Shown here piece after piece: positions 10,951-20,000 of a stretch of DNA of 20,000 nucleotides. The stretch spans positions 122,448 through 142,447 of the forward strand of contig JYFJ02000340.1 in the NCBI GenBank assembly GCA_000934665.2, written 5' to 3'. Under the pieces are notes generated by a model. That model searched no databases and had not been told where the DNA came from. It saw nothing but the letters and a program-made list of their open reading frames with translations. The stretch is from Catajapyx aquilonaris. Taxonomy: Eukaryota. How positions within the stretch are numbered: position 1 is the stretch's first letter; every line of letters starts with the position of its first letter. The translations under genes were made by a program, and so were the position numbers.

Positions 10951-13412
10951 TCATACTCTGTCCCTATTTGCTGTCCTCGTCAAAATCACATGTGTCCGCT
11001 CCCAAAAAAAATTCCCGTGTTTAGGACCATTTGGACACCTTTTCATACTATGTGCGTTGTTTCATTCATAGTTCTAACGGCTTGTCCCATTTCATTACTA
11101 TAGTTGTCGTTGGCCTCTTTTCCGCTTTGCATATAGTGCACTGTAATGCCGCTGTTTCAGTTGGGATGCAGAGAACTTACAATATGGAGCTGATTGCTTT
11201 TCTTATTCAAGTCCAGGAAATTGTAGTCAAATATTTCATAGAATGCAGGTATACAAGTAAAATCATACTCTTATCTTTGAGAGCTTAAAGGTGGGTCAGA
11301 TGATACTGAGGCCAAATAGGCAAGTTACTGACATGTGAGATGGTCGAAATTACAAGTTGCATATACAACTGCATAGAAAGTGTGGCATTTTATGTCATTT
11401 CACTCTGACGCGACATGTCATATTCATGGTGTCTATTATTGGCTAAATATTTTACTTTATGTTTGACAATCGTTTACGGAGAGGCTGTGACACACATGTC
11501 ATGCAGTATTATGCTATTATTTGAAATACCACATCATTGTGCGACCTCAATGACAAAAAATGCTGGGAACAGCATTAAATCACATTCCTGAGCATGTAAC
11601 TTGGCACTTTTATTGATGGATTGGCCCAACGGCATTTTCGGGTGTAGGAAACCTCGTGGCTATTAAACTGCCCTGCATAGATAGGCCTTGTCACACAATC
11701 CCCGGTTGTATGAACGAAAATGAGAGGTAAAAAATCTTGCATTTTGTTGGAAAAATTCAAATCGGGGTATAAACTCTGATTTTAGCTAATCGTCATTTTC
11801 ACTATCACGGTATTTACCTGTAAGACGGATGCATATAGGTCACAAATCGCACACTCGAAATTAAATATACCTCGACTCAATATTTATTTCCCCTGAAACG
11901 TTTCCCAAAGTCACACAAGCGTTGGAAATAAAACAATGTGTTTTGATACAATGATTTTAGACAGGTTAACTGCATCAACTGAATTGTGCACAAACGTAAT
12001 TTTTCCTTACATAAATTATTATCAATATTTTTCCAGCCATTTGATGTGGCTCGGTTTTTTGCTGTGTACTTCGCACAAGCTCCGGAACTCCGCAATAATC
12101 CACAAAAATAAGGCAGAAAATCCATATAAATCCTTTCTATGTACAAACTTCTCCGGGGTCGAACACTGTAGCCCCGGTAGATCTATCCAGTTTTCCTCCT
12201 AGATCATACTTCCCATTTCAATCTATTAACAAAATACCCTAGTGTCAAAGGCCTGACACGGCAATAACCAATCCCTTAGACGACGAAGACCATCCCGCTG
12301 AACTGTTTGCAAAACCGACTTTCCGGTTGATCCACTGCACTCTAGTCAATATCACCATCCCTCTAAATCACAATGGCTGCAAAAGACGACGCCCAGACGC
12401 CTACCACAGTTCTCGAGTTTAATGACAGCATATGTTCGTTTCCTTGGAAACCGAGAGTTCTATTGATATAGCCGTTGGAATAGTGCACTGAAACCATAGT
12501 ACGCCTAGGCAATTGTGTTAAAACCGATAAAGGCACTTGTGGTGCGCATTAAAAGAAGATGTAATCTGCCGCATGAAATACTGCAATAAATTGATCCACT
12601 GTTGGCCCATAGGAGAGGAAGCTGGCAACTTCAATTCCCCACATTTTTATTCATCAATCCATCACAATTTAAGCTAAACAAAATGCTGTGCTGGCTGGTA
12701 GTTTGAGCAAGTTCAGGTAGAGAAACGATGAAAAATGGCGCTAGCCATCCCTGATAACACTAAATGATGTTTCTTCCTCCCGGAGGTGAGAAAATGGCTC
12801 CGGAAATACCAATCAAGAAGAATAAATTTGGGGCAAAAGGCTGCTCCGTTTTCAACCGCCAATGTTGACTAAAAGTACAGCATAATAACAGACCCATAGA
12901 ATAGACGTACAAAACAAGCTCATTTCGCGCATTTGGCTGCAAAGAGTAAAAAGATGGGAGTAGAAGGGTTTCTGTGCACCGGGGAAATCAGAGCCTTTGC
13001 TCGTTCCCTAGAGTCAGATGCAAAGAACAGGCCAATTTCCGGGCTAGTTCAATCCCTTTTCTAAGAGAGGCAATAAGACAAAGTTGATGAGTGCAGGAAG
13101 GCTTGTTGCCTCAGCCCCCAGCTTTGGGATATTAATGCTCGCCCAGGTACAGTAGGATACTACACTGTACCTACTCTAGCTCAGAGCAGCCTCTCAATTC
13201 CCGCTGAAAGTCTGCTTAAACCCCGGGCCCAACACAAATGCGGCTCTCCCAATGGACTTGAACAACTATCTTTCCTGGCTCCTGCCTATAGGTCTACCCT
13301 AGGCTGTACACTCCTCCCCAAGGTGGCTCGACAGCTACAGCAGATAATCAGTGCACTCACACTAGCTGCTAAAAAGAAGACCACAAACGACAGCACCCAG
13401 AAAGGTGACCTA

Positions 13413-13463
13413 GTCAGTTGACTCCCCAAGGTGGTCAGTTGACTCCCCACGGTGGTCAGTTGA
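13413..13463. repeat. Tandem repeat, 21-bp unit x ~2.4
   Basis: GTCAGTTGACTCCCCA(A/C)GGTG at 13413-13433 and 13434-13454, with a partial copy at 13455-13463. A detached partial copy CTCCCCAAGGTGG lies at 13314-13326. Confidence 0.9.
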
Positions 13464-14216
13464 GCCGAATTCAACAAAGACATTAACAAAAAGCTAATTT
13501 CAGATATTGTCAGTTGAAGCAGCATATGGCACTGAAAGTCTCATAATTTCCAAGTTTTATGTCCCTTCTCTTGGGTAACAAATTTAATGCTACTTTGAGT
13601 CAAAATTCACCTTGTCACCAATTATGTGTGAAATACTACTTCACTAACAAAGGATTAAAGGGCAGTTTTATGGGTCATTTTTTGAGATATTTAGGACATT
13701 AAAGATTCGGATGACAGTGATGGCATGGCCGTCAATTGGATAAAGTATCAGGCCAGACATGTCATGCGTAATAAACTATAACTTACAAAATTACCAACCC
13801 AAACACGGAGGCTAAGCTATAAAGCTGCATCGAGTTCAATCAAGTATGGAGCTGAATTCTATTCTTACCCAGAACGTTTTGCTGCCCGTAGCATAGGATC
13901 CATATCCAGGAATAACCTAAGGTTACTCCGTGTCGCAAGTTACGTCGAGCCTACAGAAAATGTTTGCTCATGTCTGTAGCCTATCAGCAGGACGAGGGGT
14001 TTGTTTACAGAGTTTACAGAACTACCCCACGCCCTACTACTATAGGATGCACTCAGTTTCCCTATTCATTCCCAAGAGTTTTCTTCGGACATCTCCACAA
14101 TACAGGGTCATCGAAAAAGAATGTCCCAATTTGAAAACCCTATAACTCGGAAACTTGTAGACATATCTGAATGATATAAATTTTGAAATGCTAAGGTCTA
14201 AAGTTTTGGTCTCACC

Positions 14217-14437
14217 TTAGTATGTTTCGATATGAGCTTCATGTGTCGCTCGGCAGATTTAAAAGGCGGTAATCGGTGTTGTGCCAAACCCTATCAATCA
14301 TATCTGGAGTTACCGTTGTAATCCTATCCCGTAGGTGCTGGATATATTGGGTCTTTACACCATAAACATTGTTCTTGATAATTCACATAAAAAGTCGCCT
14401 CATCCATGAAACAAACCTGCCGTAGGAAAGTTTCATT
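14217..14437 (-). pseudogene. Internally deleted Tc1/mariner transposase remnant, minus copy
   Basis: NETFLRQVCFMDEATFYVN (14437-14381; first catalytic Asp motif, cf. FSDEATF) is joined to IKNNVYGVKTQYIQHLRDRITTVTPDMIDRVWHNTDYRL, then a frameshift, then ICRATHEAHIETY* (stop at 14219-14217). Confidence 0.8.
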
Positions 14438-14453
14438 TGTTCAGCCTCCCAGT

Positions 14454-14673
14454 GTGCGAAGTTTTTAATGAGAAGTTTCGCCAAGCCTAGCCCCTCCAGA
14501 TCTTACCCCGATGGACTTTTTTGTGGAGACACAATCATGTATGTTGAAAAAATCCGGAATCACCAGCACCTACTGGATAGGATTGCAACGGTAACGCCAG
14601 ACATGCCTGAGGGGTTTGGCACGACGCCGATTTCCGTATTTAAATTTTTCGAGCGACAAATGGAGCTCATACC
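14454..14673 (+). pseudogene. Tc1/mariner transposase C-terminal remnant, plus copy
   Basis: PDLTPMDFF (14496-14522; third catalytic Asp motif, cf. WPPRSPDLTPLDFFLWG), then YVEKIRNHQHLLDRIATVTPDM and VWHDADFRI*IFRATNGAHT, with frameshifts and stops. Confidence 0.82.
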
Positions 14674-14755
14674 GTAAGGGCTCCATTTGTCGCTCGAAAA
14701 ATTTAAATACGGTAATCGGCGTCGTGCCAAACCCCTCATGTATGTCTGGCGTTAC
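14591..14755. repeat. Near-perfect hairpin (76-bp arms, 13-nt spacer) inside the mariner derivative
   Basis: 14591-14666 pairs with 14680-14755, with 3 mismatches and no indels. Confidence 0.93.
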
Positions 14756-14875
14756 TGGCGAAACAAATTATGGTACGGCCAAAACTTTAGACACTTCTGA
14801 GTATTTCAAAACTTAAATCATTAAGATATGTCTACAAGTTTTCGAGTTATATGACCCTGAACATCTATAGTGTGC

Positions 14876-15075
14876 CCATATTCCCCATATGGCGGCAGCC
14901 ATATTCCCATCAGCTCTGAATCCGGCTTGGGCTTGCCGCCGCGTCGCTGTGTCTCGCCGAGGCCTGGCGGGGAATATGGCTACCGTCATACACATATTCC
15001 TATAGTAGGCCCATATTATCCTTATTCCCATATCATGATAAGTCCATATATGCTGCCCTTACTTTTCCCAGCAGA
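14876..15075. repeat. CCATAT-rich segment with a 21-bp inverted repeat, probable DNA-transposon fragment
   Basis: 14888-14908 pairs with 14970-14990 (19/21). CCATAT occurs at 14876, 14885, 14899, 15011, 15028 and 15044. Confidence 0.55.
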
Positions 15076-15084
15076 GATTCAGTG

Positions 15085-15710
15085 AGGAACCTAGGGACAG
15101 TCAAAAAGAAGAAATCAATAGCAAAACGAAGAAAAGGCCTGGGGGACACAAACAAAAGGCAGATCAAGTGAAAAGGGGCCCGCAGGAGGAGTGGTCCAGG
15201 AAGAAGGTGTCTAGAGGTGTAGATCGGGAGATCTCGGATGGCGTACGAGCGGCTGATGGGAGTGGTCAAGAGGGTCAAGCAGGAGATAAAAGGACAGGAC
15301 CAGATGCTGCGGGATGGTCGAAAGGAAGAGTGGAGGTGGGATAGGGGGGTTTGGCTATGGGGTGTGTGAAGGGATTTAACTGGGATGTGGTTTGGCTCGG
15401 GATTATTGGGCGGATCCAAGTTTTCAGGAGAGAAAATTGGTGGTAAAATTGCAGATGGTTGTGGAAATGTGTTAGATAAGGGAAGAAGAAATGGGGTGAG
15501 TGGAAATGGAATGTTCGTGGTTGCAGACAGAAAGTGAGTTTTACTGACTAGATGTAGGCGCGAGAGGGAGCGATTATCCTAATCATCGATTTGTATGGCA
15601 ATGGCTGTGTACTTTAATAATATTTCAGGCCTAATGCAAAATCTGGAGGCATCGGAGCAGTGGCACAGGTGCTATCAGCATATTTGATTGGGAATTATCG
15701 GAAATCTTTT
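15085..15710 (-). mobile_element. Possible decayed 3' fragment of a non-LTR retrotransposon (Jockey/I-like)
   Basis: Strong strand skew (plus strand G/A-rich). Minus-strand fragments PIKYA (15691-15677) and RCL/FALGL (about 15655-15626) loosely recall the post-RT RPxxEYA...LRxALG motifs. A Pro/Ser/Leu-rich stop-free frame runs from 15578 to the stop at 15035-15033. Confidence 0.3.
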
Positions 15711-18700
15711 TGTTACACTTGACAGAGTGTATAATTGTGGCTTTGGGTAACCAATGGTGATAATATTAGTTGGGCATTATAAATCCGGACCCAAACTAGG
15801 GGATATCGGCGATAATGGGCTCCGGTGCAACCTACGCGCGCAGCATGCTATTGGCTGACGTCTTGCCGATGCTCAGTTTCAACCAATGCAGTGGTTAAAT
15901 TTTATTTTCTCCTGAATTATGGTTTCCTATAGTTAGGTTCAACTTTCATTTGGAAAGTGTCCTTGAGTCTTCATTGACCTTTGGTGGACTTGACACTAAA
16001 CAAAGGTTTTATGAGTTTAAAACATGATATACAGGCAGTAATACTGGCGAGTCAGAATATAGATTACTTACAACCTTGAACTGTCGGGAGGTCGGAAAAC
16101 ATTCAACAAAATAGGTCGAATCTACAGTATTATTATAGACACTTTCAAAAGGTTACGCTTATGCGAGAAACTGACTAAAATTGTCACGTTTTGTGAAGTC
16201 ATTATCACAAAATATTCCCTCTGCATTTTGAAAAAGAGTCCCAAGCTAATGTGAGAAAATGTATTCCACACTTTTTAGTAAAGGTACCGTATAGATTCAA
16301 CAACACGATTATTTTTACATAGCTTTTCAATGACATTGTCTTGCACCGAGCATATTCTGTTTATCACCATCCACCGTTATAAAATTGAGCTTCTAATAAT
16401 CTGTGTCCATTGTAATCTGATAGTCATATAAAGGCCAGTTTTACTACTGCAAATTATACAGTACACCGGGAAACGAGGCGCTTTCAAAGGGACATATTTC
16501 CAAAATTCAGGCATAGTCATGTGTCTGGTTGTAACATAAAATGCCCAATTTTGAATCACCCAAAATGGCTGCTCCCACACAAGCTGTCATACCATAGCCA
16601 ATCACAGTCAGTGGTCGCCATGTTTGTACTCGTGTCACTCTCCAGTGTCAGACTGACATTTTCCCTGGTCTCTTTTGCCCTGGGATCGGTCCGAATGCGA
16701 GCGGGCACCATTATTCAAGCGAAGGCAACGATTTGCGGGCCAGTCCATGCTAATCCAAGCGCAAATATGGCCGTAAATGACATAATACGTCGAGATGCGG
16801 AGGTGTTCCGGCGCGAAAATCTCACTTTTTCCAGGAAATTGGTGGAATTCAGGACATTTGCATTGAGGGGAGATTTCATCGAAGATTTGACAATATGTGC
16901 GCTAATGCAACGATTTCTATGTTTATGAGAGATTTTGTGTCCCAAAAATTCCGTAATTTGAGAAAATTTGCGGTTCATCTCGCCGTCGCGTCGGTCGCTT
17001 AGTTATCAAGATATCGTGTGATCAACATTAATTGGCAGCTAGTTAAATTGTGATTCGTCACACAGGTCTATCTTTGCCTTGATGGGAGAAAGGCACGTAA
17101 AGACCAGAAAATGTCTACAACCAATCAATAGACACCCTACCAATCCCTCTGACTCAAGGCAAAAATGCAGGCGGTTTCATTTTACATGTCCATAATGATT
17201 AACAATTTTTGGCACCACTTGGTAAGCTGCTTATTTTAGTAGTTATTCATGGTTACTTTTAATTGTTATCAAAAAAGTATTAGCTGCTAATAAATTGATT
17301 CATCTCTATCGAGGCTGTGAATTGCAATGAATTTCCGATTGGAAAAGATTCTATTGGAACAATATATTTATAGCATCGGACGCCAATAACAGAACCAACA
17401 GGATAGCAGGATCCTTTTTCAGGCATTAGCAGCTAATTCTTTAGATAACCACTAAAGGTAACTGCTTAAAATGAGCAGTTGGCGCCAAAAATTATTGCTG
17501 ACTATACTAAGGACATTTTTCAATTTGGACACCATCTACAAGTCTGATGTGATGCAGAGCATTCAGGTAGTAAGGTATGTGTACTGTACCAGTAGTGGAC
17601 AGTGTCCCACAGGTGGACAGCGGAGACTTTGAACCTAAATAACAAGGGAACGCGGCAATATTGAGTGGAAATGAGACATTTGGCACATTTCACATCCCTT
17701 TGGGGTAGACTGATCACCACATATTATGATATTAACCATTCATGGCCTACTTAGTGAATTAGAAGCGCGTGAACACTGCGTGAACACGTCAGCTCTGATA
17801 TCTGCCTTGAAATGGTGCTTTTCTTAGCGGATTCGCTAAGAGACACGTAGAAAGTCAAACCTTGCAAATAAATAAGTGGACGTGTTAGGTGGAAAAGGAT
17901 ATAAATGCTTCACATTTTCCAAATATGATGTACTTTTGCATTGTCCTTAGTGCACAACAGAGCAAAGTACTCCAGAATACTTCGCGGTTCATTTGATAAA
18001 CCTCTGCAAGTCTACATAATGCAAAATACGAAATTCTATGTGCTCATATTACTTGACTCCAGGGCCTGTACTTGGTTTCTAGCGAACGTTGCTGAGAGCA
18101 GTTCATATAATAGTTAGAATTATGCTGATTATGACCTTTTGCGGCAGCAACTATAAAACTATTTTTGCCTAGCTATGAAATAAATATAAGGCCACATCAC
18201 GAATAGGACAAGGTATGCCCCCAGGCTACCTACGCATACAGGGCTTGTTCCTCCATTTCAAAATAACTGACCGTAACACATTCTACACCGCTGTAACCAT
18301 ACCGTATTTATGAACGCCAGTCAACCTTTCTCCTGGCACAACGTAGGCTAAGTCCACTCAGCGTAATTAATTACGGCTCAATATCCCTACCCCCTTTTTT
18401 AAAAATATCAGCAGGAGAGGAATTCATGCACCTATGCACTATACAGGGTGGATGTGGAGTGGGAAACGGGTAATGATGTGCGTGAAAGGCCAGAAAGGGA
18501 AGAGGATGCAGGTTGAGTACCGTGGGAGGTGCTGAAATGTATTTGGAGAAGCAGGTAGACCATGTAGGAAGCCTGCGTCCATTTATCCTAATTGGGTTTT
18601 CAAAGCACGTCACAACATGGTCTGAACTCCATTCAAATTGTATGTATTAAGACACTAGTCCAAAGTAGGGCTGCTACAGCGTACTTCCTCTTTCCATCTG

Positions 18701-19339
18701 TAATATAGGCTCCAGAGTGTTTCTTACTAAGGAAAAGTAGTGTTTTGGTCAGTGTTTGTGATGTTCAATAACAATTAATTAAATCACACACATGAAAGAT
18801 ACAGTCATATAGTATAAAGTTTTTCCTGAGATACGCACTACTCATTTTGCATTTGCATTGGGCAGTTTCCTCCCAAAAAAGGCCGCTTCATATAGTATGA
18901 ACCGCATATTTTCAAAGGCATCTTGTTGATCAGAGCATAGATCAGAGCATGGAATTCGCTCACTGATGTTAATATTCATGCATTTTATGCAGTTGAGCAC
19001 TGATAAAGAAAATTTACTGAATTCCCACCAGTTGAGTATACCTGGAGCAAAATGTATACATATTTTTTGCACAACAGGTTGCTGACTGTACATTGCCAGA
19101 AAATCCTCGAAACATAATTTGTACATTTTCATTTTCCGCAAAAATTACTTTGCTTAAAAAGACGCTTACTAAAGCAGCAAATCCAGACCTTGGCAGCTGG
19201 ACACTCCCCGATAATAGTATAGCTCCAGTGATGATTGATGGCAAAGGCTGCCTGTACACAAGCCAACACCTAAACTCACCTAAAAACATCAGCGTAAGTC
19301 ATGAGGTCACTGCTACTCTTGGATCCCTTCAAGAATATG

Positions 19340-19494
19340 CCTGTATCCGCTGAAAAATAGGCCTGTATCCTCAAATAAGGAAGGTTATATTAGGTTCGGT
19401 TGGTATATACAGCGTCTCTTACGGATATAATTTTTACTAACCATAGCCCTGTTTCCGCTGAAGATAGGTCTGTATCCGCAACTAAGGAAGGTTA
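19340..19494. repeat. Dispersed ~48-bp direct repeat with internal CTGTATCC subrepeats
   Basis: CCTGTATCCGCTGAAAAATAGGCCTGTATCCTCAAATAAGGAAGGTTA (19340-19387) matches CCTGTTTCCGCTGAAGATAGGTCTGTATCCGCAACTAAGGAAGGTTA (19448-19494). Confidence 0.8.
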
Positions 19495-19907
19495 AGTTAC
19501 GTCAGATAATGTTGGTGCACATTCATCATTCATCCCACCACACTGCATAAAAACCCTCACGGCGCGGCGCGGCGTTAGAATTTGCCACTTCCTTCTTAAC
19601 AGTACGGTACTAATTTATTACAGTAGCCTACTACAGATCGCGTGACACCCAATCGAACGCACCCTCCGGCCCGAACCAGCCCGAACTACAGCCGAATCTT
19701 ATTTTCGACGTTGCCAACTTGTCGACCTTCAGCCCTCCACCCCACTCCACCCCTTCCACTTTCGGTCGGACGATTCGAAAGTCCTTCCGTTTAAAATGTT
19801 CCTGAATGGTGTGACCACCTACCTTACCCCTACAATCTTATCTTATCGCCTGCCGGGGTGTTTTGCATGAGGTGCTCACTTGAGAGCGCCATGAGACCGC
19901 CTTTCAC

Positions 19908-19936
19908 TGCTACATTATGTGGCGACCCTACCGGAC
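19908..19936 (+). mobile_element. Possible LTR 3' end plus primer-binding site of a Gypsy-type retrotransposon
   Basis: TGCTACA (19908-19914) is followed after 5 nt by TGGCGACCCTACCGGA (19920-19935), similar to tRNA-Arg-type PBS sequences (TGGCGACC...). The LTR start is not identifiable and the internal region would lie beyond the window. Confidence 0.3.
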
Positions 19937-20000
19937 CACGCTGAACTAAGGTAGAAGGGAAGCCGCTACATGCGGGCCCAACATGGTCGCCGGCGGCCTA

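Larger units (their letters stand above)
14103..14859. mobile_element. Non-autonomous Tc1/mariner (maT/DD37D-like) derivative made of two inverted 3' halves
   Basis: TA|CAGGGTCA left end and TGACCCTG|AA right end. 14141-14210 pairs with about 14779-14851. Transposase C-terminal remnants are present on both strands and point outward. Confidence 0.88.

Noticed and set aside
13413..13463. CRISPR-like array
   Set aside because: The units are directly adjacent with no unique spacers, there are no cas genes, and the context is eukaryotic.
16521..16978. 135-aa and 87-aa ORFs in a GC-rich patch with CCAAT/GCCAT motifs
   Set aside because: No recognisable protein. It may be the interior of a non-autonomous transposon, but no termini could be paired.
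17822..17841. Perfect 8-bp stem hairpin TCTTAGCG-gatt-CGCTAAGA as a Helitron end or terminator
   Set aside because: No downstream CTAG terminus or U-tract, and too short to be significant.
18842..19353. Three overlapping 86-99 aa ORFs
   Set aside because: No recognisable motifs or consistent splice signals, and compatible with chance ORFs.

Overview
Eukaryotic, most likely invertebrate-animal, genomic DNA that is almost entirely non-coding. There are no operons, CRISPR arrays or long ORFs. The best host-gene candidate is a minus-strand first coding exon (5210-5117) that encodes a signal-peptide-like 31 aa and ends in a canonical phase-1 GTAAGT donor. It lies in a CpG- and microsatellite-rich promoter/5'UTR region, so 1-5116 is probably intron. 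The rest is transposon debris. This includes a tRNA-derived SINE with a V-domain-like core and an 8-bp TSD (3190-3533), and a cluster of fold-back/MITE elements at 7.3-9.6 kb (a ~170-bp hairpin, a piggyBac-like CCC..GGG element and a TA-flanked Tc1/mariner MITE). A 757-bp Tc1/mariner (maT/DD37D-like) derivative at 14103-14859 is built from two inverted transposon 3' halves and carries a younger 76-bp inverted duplication. Weaker candidates are a LINE fragment, a decayed vertnin/OTU-like sequence and an LTR end with a primer-binding site. I see no convincing new multi-gene system. The most notable item is the 14.1-14.9 kb element, which looks like an intermediate in palindromic MITE formation. 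All family assignments come from recalled motifs and need database confirmation.
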